The position numbers were made by a program, and so were the translations under genes. 64,000 nt of DNA, from assembly GCA_963729895.1 (NCBI GenBank), contig CAVSQB010000001.1, forward strand, positions 33,868 to 97,867, written 5' to 3'. Shown here piece by piece: positions 39,401-47,701 of this stretch (positions are counted from its first letter, which is position 1; every line of letters begins with the position of its first letter). The stretch is from an uncultured Fibrobacterota bacterium. Lineage in GTDB: Bacteria; Fibrobacterota; Chitinivibrionia; Chitinivibrionales; FEN-1185. The notes below the pieces were generated by a model, which saw only the letters and a list, made by a program, of their open reading frames with translations, was not told where the DNA came from and made no database searches.

Positions 39401-40712
39401 CAGGTTGTTGAAATAGTCCTAACAGAAGCGCTCTTGTTGATTTTTTATGAACCTAACTTCAACTTTACATATGTCAGAGAGGTTTTACCTGCCTCGTTCC
39501 GAGGCATTTCCCCGGATTCCCAGGCCATTCTCATGCTGCCCCCACCGTTTGCGGCATCAACTTAACCATGCGTATCAAGTTGTACGCTGCGGCAACCACG
39601 TAGGCAACAGTCTGGTTGATTCGTATTCCTCTTACCCGAGTTTTCCGCAGGCCACCGACGCTCTTGATCCACCCAAATATCTCTTCAACCCGTTTTCGTT
39701 TCCGTTGACTTACGCTGTATCCCTTATGCCGAGTCGTTCTTCCATCCAACCCTTTAAGCGAAGTGTTGGCCTTCTCGGCAATGTGAGGCTTCACGTGCAG
39801 GCGTCGCAGGCTCTTGATAAATTCGGTTGCATGATACCCTTTGTCTGCACCCACCGTCTTCATCCGGCGTTTTCCGCGCCTGCGTTCATGCTTTATCAGC
39901 TCAAGCGCCATATCCCGTTCCGCTGTCCCCGTCGCTGGCGCAATGGCGATATCAACACACAACCCATTTCGGTTTTCCATCAGCACGTGACCGGAATACG
40001 CCAGCTGCGCTCCCGTTCTCTTGTTCTTCCGAGCCAACAGCGCCTCTGGATCGGTCGAACTCTGATGTGTCTCATTGCTTCGCTTCTCATGGTGGAAATC
40101 AACCGACGGATTACTCCGATCATCGTCAGTCTTGTTCGCCGATTCCGCGTCTTTTCGCTTGAAGCTCTTCATCGATGCCCAGGCTTCAATCAACGTGCCG
40201 TCAACCGTGAAATGCTCATCGGACAACAACTCTTCGGAACGAGCAAGACGCACGATTTCCTGCATCAGCCGGTGCGCAATCTCCTGTTCCATAAGTCGAT
40301 CTCGGTTCTTCGAAAACACACTATGATCAAACGATGCCGCATCCAGATCCATGTCAAGAAACCATCGGAACAGAATGTTATAGTCCAGCATCTCGCAAAA
40401 CAACCGGTCCGACCGTATCGAAAACAAAGCCATCAATATCTGTGCTTTCAAAAGCCATTCCGGCGGTATCGAAGGGCGTCCCATCCGGCTGTACATCGCC
40501 TCAAAGTCACGAGAAAGGCGGCGCAGCGCTATGTCCGTAAACTGTTTGACACGACGAAGCGGGTGCGTTGCCGGCACTCGGGAATCCGGAGAAACGAAGC
40601 TGAACATACCGCCTTGGGCTGGCTGGGAACCTCTCATCAATACTCCTTGGTTGGGGTTCCCCTATAATATAAGGATAAATGTTTACAAAAGGGAGACTTT
40701 TTCAACACCCTG
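39401..40712 (-). mobile_element. IS5-family insertion sequence, complete, 1312 bp
   Basis: TIRs CAGGTTGTTGAAATAGTC / CAGGGTGTTGAAAAAGTC (16/18); CTAG on both flanks (39397-39400, 40713-40716). Confidence 0.95.
39531..40640 (-). CDS. IS5-family DDE transposase
   Basis: GRPSIPPE, FTVDGTLIEAWAS, VGADKGY, RKRVEEIFGW. Confidence 0.95.
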   Translation of the reverse strand: MMRGSQPAQGGMFSFVSPDSRVPATHPLRRVKQFTDIALRRLSRDFEAMYSRMGRPSIPPEWLLKAQILMALFSIRSDRLFCEMLDYNILFRWFLDMDLDAASFDHSVFSKNRDRLMEQEIAHRLMQEIVRLARSEELLSDEHFTVDGTLIEAWASMKSFKRKDAESANKTDDDRSNPSVDFHHEKRSNETHQSSTDPEALLARKNKRTGAQLAYSGHVLMENRNGLCVDIAIAPATGTAERDMALELIKHERRRGKRRMKTVGADKGYHATEFIKSLRRLHVKPHIAEKANTSLKGLDGRTTRHKGYSVSQRKRKRVEEIFGWIKSVGGLRKTRVRGIRINQTVAYVVAAAYNLIRMVKLMPQTVGAA

Positions 40713-40817
40713 CTAGGGCGGTCCGGCACGAGGCGAATAGCCGAGCCTGGAGGAGAACCGGTGCCGAAGGCAGGCGCCCAAAATCTTCCCGGAACGCAAG
40801 ATAAAGGAATATTTTCC

Positions 40818-41411
40818 ATGCATCACGAATTTATCAAACTCTTCGAGCTCGTCGTCGGCGCGTCGCTCGTAAACAATTTTGTCTTTACCCGGTTCTTGGG
40901 CCTGTGCATATTTTTCGGCGTGTCCAAGAAAATGAGCACGGCCGTCGGCATGAGCATCACCTTCACGACCGTGATGATGATAAGCGCGGCGCTGAGCTGG
41001 ACCGTGTTCACCTTCGTGCTCATTCCGTTCCACCTCACCTTCCTGAAGATCGTGGTTTTTATCGGCGTCATCGCCGGGCTGGTGCAGGCGTCCGATACGA
41101 TCATGCGGAAGGTGGCGCCCGACCTGTTCCACAAGCTCGGGATATACCTGGCGCTCATTTCCACCAACTGCATAATCCTGGCAGTCCCTCTTGTCAATTC
41201 ATCGGAGAACTACAGTTTTGGTGAAAGCATCGCATTCGGCTTGGGATCGGGAATCGGGTTTTCGCTTGCGCTCGTCATCATGGCCAGCATCAGGGAGAAA
41301 CTCGAACTCGCCGACGTCCCCGTTCCGTTCAAGGGGCTGCCCATCGCCTTTATCGTGAGCGCGATGCTGGCAATGGCGTTTGCGGGTTTTTCGGGGCTTA
41401 TTGCGGAGTAA
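40818..41411 (+). CDS. rnfA: Rnf complex subunit A
   Basis: LVNNFVFTRFLGLC, LGIYLALISTNC, IREKL...VPVPFKGLPIA. Confidence 0.96.
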   Translation: MHHEFIKLFELVVGASLVNNFVFTRFLGLCIFFGVSKKMSTAVGMSITFTTVMMISAALSWTVFTFVLIPFHLTFLKIVVFIGVIAGLVQASDTIMRKVAPDLFHKLGIYLALISTNCIILAVPLVNSSENYSFGESIAFGLGSGIGFSLALVIMASIREKLELADVPVPFKGLPIAFIVSAMLAMAFAGFSGLIAE

Positions 41412-41493
41412 GAAGAGAAGATTCACCACGGAGGCACGGAGAAGAGGCGGGAGTCTCGACCAAAGACAAAGAGGAAAATAGGGTAAGGTTTTT

Positions 41494-42366
41494 ATGACGG
41501 AATCACTACATCTTGTTCCGCTCCTCGCCGGGTCTTTGATCTTTCTCGCCGCCATGGGGCTCGTGTTCGGCGTCGGACTCGCGCTTGCTGCACGGAAATT
41601 CTTCGTCGCCGCCGATCCGAAAGTTGACGAGATAACCGAGGCGCTTGCGCACGCGCATTGCGGCGCATGCGGGTTTGCAGGATGCGAACAATACGCCGAA
41701 GCGGTGATGAAAGACCCGGGCGTTCCGCCGAACCTGTGCACCCCGGGCGGGCAGCAGTGCACCAACCTTGTTGCCGAGCTCACGGGGAAAACGCCGCAGG
41801 AACGGGAGCCGAAGTATGCACGGATCATGTGCCAGGGAGGGAACGACCGGGCGAAAAGGAAATTCTCGTACGAAGGGTTCAAGGATTGCCGGGCCGCCGT
41901 GCTTGCGGGCGGCGGGGACAAGGCCTGCCCGTACGGCTGCCTTGGCTACGGCACCTGCGTGCGCGTCTGCCCGTTCGGAGCGCTTTCCATGGCGGAAAGC
42001 GGGCTGCCTGTTCTTGACGAAAGCAAATGCACCGCGTGCAGGAAATGCGTTGCCGCGTGCCCGAAAAAGGTGATTGAAATCCTTCCCGCGTCGGTGCGGA
42101 TACTTGTTGCATGCCACTCCACGGACAAGGGCGGAGTCACCCGCGCCTACTGCACCGTGGGTTGCACCGGGTGCCTCAAATGCGTCAAGGTGTGCCCCGT
42201 AACCCCCGTCAAAGCCGCCAAGGTCGAGAACAACCTCTCGCGTATCGACAATGCCCTGTGCACCGCATGCGGACAGTGCGTTGCGGATTGCCCCACGAAG
42301 TCGATTGTGGATTTGGTAACCGCGCCGGTAGAGCCCCGCCGCTTAACACCCGTTTTTCCACATTAA
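41494..42366 (+). CDS. rnfB: Rnf complex subunit B
   Basis: N-terminal TM, CGACGFAGC, CPYGCLGYGTCVRVCP and further ferredoxin motifs. Confidence 0.96.
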   Translation: MTESLHLVPLLAGSLIFLAAMGLVFGVGLALAARKFFVAADPKVDEITEALAHAHCGACGFAGCEQYAEAVMKDPGVPPNLCTPGGQQCTNLVAELTGKTPQEREPKYARIMCQGGNDRAKRKFSYEGFKDCRAAVLAGGGDKACPYGCLGYGTCVRVCPFGALSMAESGLPVLDESKCTACRKCVAACPKKVIEILPASVRILVACHSTDKGGVTRAYCTVGCTGCLKCVKVCPVTPVKAAKVENNLSRIDNALCTACGQCVADCPTKSIVDLVTAPVEPRRLTPVFPH

Positions 42367-42480
42367 TTCCGATAATTTCTTCAAGGCGAAACCGTATAGT
42401 TCGTGAATAGATTTAGTGAGTTCTCACCGGTAGTGTAGAATTATTTTGACATAAGAGGGGACCTTAACCGGTAAAGCGTT

Positions 42481-43575
42481 ATGATGACCCGAAGGGAAAT
42501 GCTGCAATCTTCAGCGGCTATGGCAGGTATGTGCGCCGCATCCGCCGGTTTTGCAAAGCCTGCAAATCCCGGGAAAACCGCCCTGTATTGGGATGCGATG
42601 GGTGACAACAACGTATCGTGCAACCTGTGCCCGATCCAGTGCGTGCTTCCCGACGGAAGGACCGGCATCTGCCGAACGCGCCAGAATATCAACGGAAAAC
42701 TCATTACCTTTGCCTATGCGAATCCCTGCGCCGTCAACGTCGACCCGATTGAGAAGAAACCCATCTTTCACATGCAGCCCGGGACAAAGGCGTATTCGCT
42801 GGCCATTGCCGGGTGCATGCTGCGGTGCCTCAATTGCCAGAACTATACCATCAGTCAACAATTCCCCAAGGATACCGCAACCGTCAATCTTCCGCCGGAG
42901 AAAGTGGTGGAGATGGCGAAGCGCGAAGGATGCACGTCGGTGGCGTATACGTATTCGGAACCCATTGTCTGGTACGAGTACGTTCTCGACACCGCGAAGC
43001 TCGCACGGGCGGCGGGCCTCAAAAACATCCTGGTGACGGACGGGTATATCAACGAACCGCCGCTCAAAGAGCTTGCGCCCTTTATGGACGCGGCGAACAT
43101 CAACCTCAAAAGCTTCAAGAACGAAATTTACCTGAAACTGAACAGCGCCAAACTCCAGCCGGTGATGGACACCATCCAAAACGCGATCAAGTTCGGCATG
43201 TGGGTGGAAGTGACGAACCTCATCGTGCCCACCTGGACCGACGATTTCGACATGATCCGGAGGATGTGCGCATGGCACGCGGAGAAACTCGGCGCGGACG
43301 TGCCGCTCCACTTCCTGAGGTTCTTCCCGCTTTACAAGCTGGAGAACCTGTACCCGACGCCCACCGAAACGCTCGTGAGGGCCCAGACAATCGCCCGCGA
43401 GGAAGGCATCAGGTACGTCTACGTGGGCAATGTCGCGGAAATCGACTCGAACACCTATTGCCCCAATTGCAAGAAGCCCGTTGTCGTCCGCGACGGGTAT
43501 ACCATCAGGAAGATCGCGATCAAAGACGGAAAATGCGAGAATTGCGCGACGGTGATCAGGGGGATATGGGCGTGA
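42481..43575 (+). CDS. amrS: AmmeMemoRadiSam system radical SAM enzyme
   Basis: CNLCPIQC, VDPIEKKP, GCMLRCLNCQN, AYTYSEP, PLHFLRFFP, YVYVGN; Tat-like N-terminus TRREML. Confidence 0.93.
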   Translation: MMTRREMLQSSAAMAGMCAASAGFAKPANPGKTALYWDAMGDNNVSCNLCPIQCVLPDGRTGICRTRQNINGKLITFAYANPCAVNVDPIEKKPIFHMQPGTKAYSLAIAGCMLRCLNCQNYTISQQFPKDTATVNLPPEKVVEMAKREGCTSVAYTYSEPIVWYEYVLDTAKLARAAGLKNILVTDGYINEPPLKELAPFMDAANINLKSFKNEIYLKLNSAKLQPVMDTIQNAIKFGMWVEVTNLIVPTWTDDFDMIRRMCAWHAEKLGADVPLHFLRFFPLYKLENLYPTPTETLVRAQTIAREEGIRYVYVGNVAEIDSNTYCPNCKKPVVVRDGYTIRKIAIKDGKCENCATVIRGIWA

Positions 43576-43598
43576 GAAGGCAATCGTTTTGGATTTTT

Positions 43599-43724
43599 GA
43601 GCCGGTGCGGCAATATACAAGTAAATAAAATATTGGTTTGCTGAGCGGGTGCAGCGTGGATGTACCCTTGGCAAGCCCAAACCTTCTGTTGCACGCACCC
43701 TAGAAACACCCGGTTGACAAAATC
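43599..43724 (+). repeat. Repeat family B, copy 1
   Basis: GAGCCGGTGCG-AT-rich-TTGCTGAGCGGGTGCAGCGTGGATGTACCCTTGGCAAGCCC...GCACCCTAG...CCCGGTTGACAAAATC; similar to 45016-45122 and 62431-62552. Confidence 0.85.
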
Positions 43725-43793
43725 AAAGGCCAAACACGTTGACGAAGTTTTCAGCTGTGTGCTCTTATTCGTACAACTACGCGTTTAGATATT

Positions 43794-43828
43794 GTTGCGC
43801 GCACCGTGGCGGCACCCGGTTACAAAAT
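43794..43828 (+). repeat. Repeat family B, partial 3' copy
   Basis: GTTGCGCGCACCGTGGCGGCACCCGGTTACAAAAT nearly matches the 3' end of the copy at 62431-62467 (minus). Confidence 0.75.
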
Positions 43829-43910
43829 TCTCAACCGAACTAACTCGTCAACATTCCAACCAGTAGTAACTCGATCTATCTTGACAATTGTGGACATTCC
43901 CTTCTGCCAA

Positions 43911-44157
43911 GCGCCAGGCCGGACTGGAAGGTGCGCGCAGGAGCGCGGTACTGCCTGACCGCGGCGCGGTTGTCGAGTGCCGCTCCCCTCGATACATCCC
44001 CGTTTCGATACATCCACAGAGTGGATTACTCGACGATCAGCGGGACACTCGGGGAGCGGCGTATCGAGACAACGCGCCTTGGCGGGAGGCAGCACCGAGG
44101 CCAACCGGCCGAGCCCGAAAGGAGGGCCGCCGTCCCGATGGGGGGCGGGGCGCCCAA
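43911..44157 (+). repeat. Structured repeat family A, copy 2, with a nested REP-like palindrome (43963-44078)
   Basis: GCGCCAGGCCGGAC...CAGCACCGAGGCC-AACC-GGCCGAGCCCGAAAGGAGGGCCG-hairpin-GGCGCCCAA. Confidence 0.85.
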
Positions 44158-44283
44158 GTCTTGACGCATCTACTCCAGCTATAAGGTTGGGTTTCTTGTT
44201 GACAACACTATGCACCAAGGGCCATATTTTTTACCGAACTATCTCACAGGCGGAGCACGGAGGCAACAAGAGAGGATTCCTGA

Positions 44284-44973
44284 ATGAACACGTGTAAGCA
44301 GGTTTTTCTATGGGGAGTTGCACTGGCGGGGATGTGGTTTGTGGGTTGTTCCCCAACAGGTCCAAAGCCCGTTTATGGGCAGCGTGTGACGGATATTGAC
44401 GGAAATGTTTATCAAACGGTGGTGATAGGCAGTCAGACGTGGATGGCGGAAGACCTGAAAACCACCAGATACAACGATGGCACTCCGATACCGCTGGTGA
44501 CGGACTCAACATGGGACGGTCTCACAACGCCGGGATTTTGCTGGTATAACAACGATTCGGTCGCGTACAAAGGTACCTACGGAGCACTCTACAATTGGTA
44601 CGCTGTAAATACGGGCAAGCTTGCCCCGGCAGGATGGCACGTAGCGACGGATGCCGAATGGACCCTGCTCAGCACGTACCTTGGGGGCGAAAGCGTAGCA
44701 GGCGGACCGCTCAAAGATACCGGAACGACGTATTGGATTTTTCCCAACACCGGAGCTGCCAACAACAGGGGTTTTTCGGCGCTGCCGGGCGGTCTTCGCG
44801 ACAACAATGGTTCATTCTTCGGTATCGGCAGCTACGGTTACTGGTGGTCGTCTACGGCGGACGGCACAGCGTCCTCATGGCTGTATTTCATTTATTGCAG
44901 CAACACGGCCGTGAACCGCAACAATTACAGCAATGATTACGGCTGCAGCATCCGGTGCGTGAAGGATCAGTGA
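44284..44973 (+). CDS. FISUMP (Fibrobacter succinogenes major paralogous domain) lipoprotein
   Basis: Lipobox FVGC; DIDGNVYQTV, WMAEDL, YGALYNWYAV, PAGWHV, GFSALPGG, SIRCVKD. Confidence 0.93.
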   Translation: MNTCKQVFLWGVALAGMWFVGCSPTGPKPVYGQRVTDIDGNVYQTVVIGSQTWMAEDLKTTRYNDGTPIPLVTDSTWDGLTTPGFCWYNNDSVAYKGTYGALYNWYAVNTGKLAPAGWHVATDAEWTLLSTYLGGESVAGGPLKDTGTTYWIFPNTGAANNRGFSALPGGLRDNNGSFFGIGSYGYWWSSTADGTASSWLYFIYCSNTAVNRNNYSNDYGCSIRCVKDQ

Positions 44974-45015
44974 CTATTGTCAATTTGCCTTTGTTCATGC
45001 GCGGTATTTCTTCAT

Positions 45016-45122
45016 TATACAAATAATATATTGGATTGCTGAGCGGGTGCAGCGTGGATGTACCCTTGGCAAGCCCGAACCTCCGGTTGCGCGCACCCTA
45101 GAAACGCCTGGTTAATAAATTC
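45016..45122 (+). repeat. Repeat family B, copy 2
   Basis: Identical core TTGCTGAGCGGGTGCAGCGTGGATGTACCCTTGGCAAGCCC shared with copy 1. Confidence 0.9.
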
Positions 45123-45234
45123 CCAACTGTAAGTTCTCAGTCGGCTCTTAATTTTTTCACCAAATCAATGCCTCAATCCTTGGGCCCCTCAACTGCACCT
45201 CGTGGGTGCTCAATAAAATTTTCGCTCCAAATTT

Positions 45235-45270
45235 TCTCCCTCGCCCTTCGGGAGAGGGCGGGGTGAGGGG
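45235..45270. repeat. REP-like palindrome of the CCCTC(T/G)CCC...GGGAGAGGG...GGGTGAGGG class
   Basis: CTCCCTCGCCCTTCGGGAGAGGGCGGGGTGAGGGG. Confidence 0.65.
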
Positions 45271-45637
45271 TTCCTATGATTCTCGCGAATAAACCCACTT
45301 TGGGGACACCCGGCTCAGCCATCCAATAGCATCTTAATTGCATTTACATTTTGCTGCGCGCACCCAACCCCGTCCTCCTGTCCCGCCCGTCACCCCCGAA
45401 ATCGTTTCATCCCCAACCTTGTTCAATCAAATATCCTCTGATTATACCCCTGTTCTTCCCCGTTGTCGACGAAATCAATTTCGCGCCGCCGCAGCGTCGC
45501 CTGATCCCTCGGCCGCCGGGCCGCTCACGAACTCACCCGGCATGACAAGGGATAAAACGTAGCAAAGTACCGGGCTCAGACAACGCGAGCGGCCAAATCC
45601 TCCCGCCTTAACAAGTGTGGAACCAACCTGTTGCCAC

Positions 45638-45776
45638 GCGCCAGGGCGGACCGCAGAGTGCGCTGGAGCGCAGTGCCGCCTGATCCCTGCCGAAGGCGGT
45701 AGGGACAGGCGGCACCGAGGCCTTAAGGCCGAGCTCGAAGGGAGGCCCGCCGTCCCGGTGGGGACGGGGCACCCAA
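45638..45776 (+). repeat. Structured repeat family A, copy 3 (uninterrupted)
   Basis: GCGCCAGGGCGGAC...GCGCAGTGCCG-hairpin-CGGCACCGAGGCCT-TA-AGGCCGAGCTCGAAGGGAGG...GGGCACCCAA. Confidence 0.85.
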
Positions 45777-46077
45777 TTTTCTACCTTTTTAACGCAGCGA
45801 GGGAAACGCCGGGATCTTCCCTTGCTTAGAATAGCAGAGCGGGGTGCCCAACTCTTTGCCTTTACTATGCAGCAAAACGCCAAATCCCCGGCAATAATTC
45901 CCTCGCCCGCACGCATTTTCGATGAACAATGAAACGTGAAACCTATCGAGGTCTGCTCCTTCGACGGTAACAGCAACAGGGGCAGGAACAAGGACAAAAA
46001 CAAGCACGTCGATCACAATGGCGATTTTACAAAACCCGAGATTATATTACCCTACAGGTATGCGATTACCAAGCTCT

Positions 46078-46962
46078 ATGAGGCAGGAACGTCTTCCTTT
46101 CCTGCGTTTCACCGTTTGCATTTTGACCGGAGCGCTCATCATGGCTGGTGCAAGCTCGGGCAGCGGACAGGACCGGGTGAGAAGGCCCGCAGTGGCGGGC
46201 CAGTTCTACCCGGACAATCCCGTTGAACTGAAGCGAGATGTCGAGTCGTATTTGTCGCACGGCAAGAAGCTTGATCAGTTTCCCGCCATGCTCATCAGCC
46301 CGCACGCGGGATATGTGTTTTCCGGGCCGGTGGCGGGCATGGGGTATGCGACGATCGACAAGAAGATTGCAACCGTCATCATCCTCGGGCCGTCACACCA
46401 TGCATGGTTCGAAGGCGTGTCCATTGCCGACGTCGATTCATTCAGGACGCCGCTCGGCACGGTCCCGCTGAACGCTGACATCGTGAAGAAACTGAGGGCA
46501 AACCCTATCGTTCATTCGGTGCCGCAGGCCGACGTTCCCGAACACTCCGTTGAAGTCCAGATCCCATTCCTCCAGACCATGCTGGGCAAATTCTCGATTG
46601 TGCCGATCCTCACCGGCAACGTCGATCTCTCGGCCGTGGCGGACATGATCCTGCCCTATGTCAATTCAACCACCCTGGTGGTCGCTTCGTCCGACTTTTC
46701 GCACTACCATGCCCACGCTGACGCGAGACGGCTGGACGACCAGTCCATCAAAACCATTTTGTCGGGTGATTTTACCGGCGACATCGACGCCTGCGGCGAG
46801 CAGCCGATACGCGTTGTGATGCGCCTGGCAAGGAAGCTGGGGCTGTCTCCGGTTCTCCTTGACGCGCGCACGTCGTACGACACCGCGCCGCAGTACGGTT
46901 CCGAGGACAGGGTGGTGGGGTACGTTTCAATCGTTTATCTGAAGAAGCCCGGGGCGCGCTAG
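46078..46962 (+). CDS. amrB: AmmeMemoRadiSam system protein B (MEMO1 family)
   Basis: RRPAVAGQFYP, SPHAGYVFSG, GPSHH, EHSVEVQIPFLQ, SSDFSHY, VVGY; start uncertain (ORF from 46018); signal-like N-terminus. Confidence 0.93.
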   Translation: MRQERLPFLRFTVCILTGALIMAGASSGSGQDRVRRPAVAGQFYPDNPVELKRDVESYLSHGKKLDQFPAMLISPHAGYVFSGPVAGMGYATIDKKIATVIILGPSHHAWFEGVSIADVDSFRTPLGTVPLNADIVKKLRANPIVHSVPQADVPEHSVEVQIPFLQTMLGKFSIVPILTGNVDLSAVADMILPYVNSTTLVVASSDFSHYHAHADARRLDDQSIKTILSGDFTGDIDACGEQPIRVVMRLARKLGLSPVLLDARTSYDTAPQYGSEDRVVGYVSIVYLKKPGAR

Positions 46963-47008
46963 GCTCCGTTGCGTAACCGCCGCCGGGCAGGAACAGGACC
47001 GGTACACC

Positions 47009-47701
47009 ATGCCGCAGAATCACGGTCTTCATACAATCCTTATTCTCGGAGCGTTCCTGATGAATTCCATGAATTGCAGCGCTGCAAACGACGGCGGCGG
47101 CACAAAACCCGGACAAACCGTGCACCCGTCCGCGGAAAAGCCGGCCGACGCCCTGTCGCCGGACGTCAAGTCGTTCCTCCTCAAACTCGCCCGCCAAAAC
47201 CTTGAGGCCGCGGTACAGGGCTTGCCGCCGGTGGCGCCCAAGGACCCGCCGGCTGTGACAAGAGAGAACCGCGGCTGCTTTGTGACGCTCACCGAGCGCG
47301 GGCAGCTTCGCGGGTGCATCGGGTACATCGAGGGGATAAAGCCGCTGTACGAGGCGGTGATGGACAACGCAAAAAACGCCGCGCTCGAAGACCCGCGGTT
47401 CCCCCCAGTGAAGCCCGGCGAGCTGGCCGCCATCGAGGTGGAGGTGTCGGTGCTTTCCGCGCCCGTTCCGCTGGCGCATACCAGCCCGCAGGACCTGCTT
47501 GACAAGCTGGTACCCGGCGAAGACGGGATCATCCTTTCCAAGGGATACCACCAGAGCACGTTTTTGCCCCAGGTGTGGGAACAGCTTCCGGACAAGGTTG
47601 ATTTTCTCGAGCACCTGTCGGTAAAGGGCGGCATGCCCGCCGACGGGTGGAAAACCGCAGAAGTCAAGCGCTACCGTGCCGTACATTTCCACGAACAATA
47701 A
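47009..47701 (+). CDS. amrA: AmmeMemoRadiSam system protein A (AMMECR1 family)
   Basis: GCFVTL, LRGCIG, AALEDPRF, EVSVLS, TFLPQVWEQL. Confidence 0.93.
   Translation: MPQNHGLHTILILGAFLMNSMNCSAANDGGGTKPGQTVHPSAEKPADALSPDVKSFLLKLARQNLEAAVQGLPPVAPKDPPAVTRENRGCFVTLTERGQLRGCIGYIEGIKPLYEAVMDNAKNAALEDPRFPPVKPGELAAIEVEVSVLSAPVPLAHTSPQDLLDKLVPGEDGIILSKGYHQSTFLPQVWEQLPDKVDFLEHLSVKGGMPADGWKTAEVKRYRAVHFHEQ

Larger units (their letters stand above)
39339..40781 (+). repeat. Structured repeat family A, copy 1 (39339-39400 and 40713-40781), split by IS5
   Basis: Removing the IS restores GCGCCAGG...GCGCAGTGCCG-hairpin-CGGCACGAGGC-GAATA-GCCGAGCC...GGCGCCCAA. Confidence 0.8.

Noticed and set aside
41421..41446. 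TTCACCACGGAGGCACGGAG short repeat-like motif between rnfA and rnfB
   Set aside because: It is a single degenerate copy in the window and too short to support a call.
43640..43700. TPP riboswitch (GCTGAG...ACCCTT...AACCT)
   Set aside because: It lacks CTGAGA, the GAACCTGAT...AGCGTAGG core and any thiamine-related gene context.
43455..43733. Similar peptides (DFVNRV...AAPAQQ) in ORFs 43455-43733 (-) and 62266-62577 (+), suggesting a small-protein family
   Set aside because: They are antisense translations of repeat B. The differences are mostly non-synonymous, and the copy near 45100 has no in-frame standard start.
43599..45122. Possible CRISPR array from the B repeats
   Set aside because: Repeats are over 100 bp, irregularly spaced and dispersed, and there are no cas genes.
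45969..46008. Degenerate hexamer run AACAGC-AACAGG-GGCAGG-AACAAG-GACAAA-AACAAG
   Set aside because: It is short, low-complexity and single, so no function is supportable.
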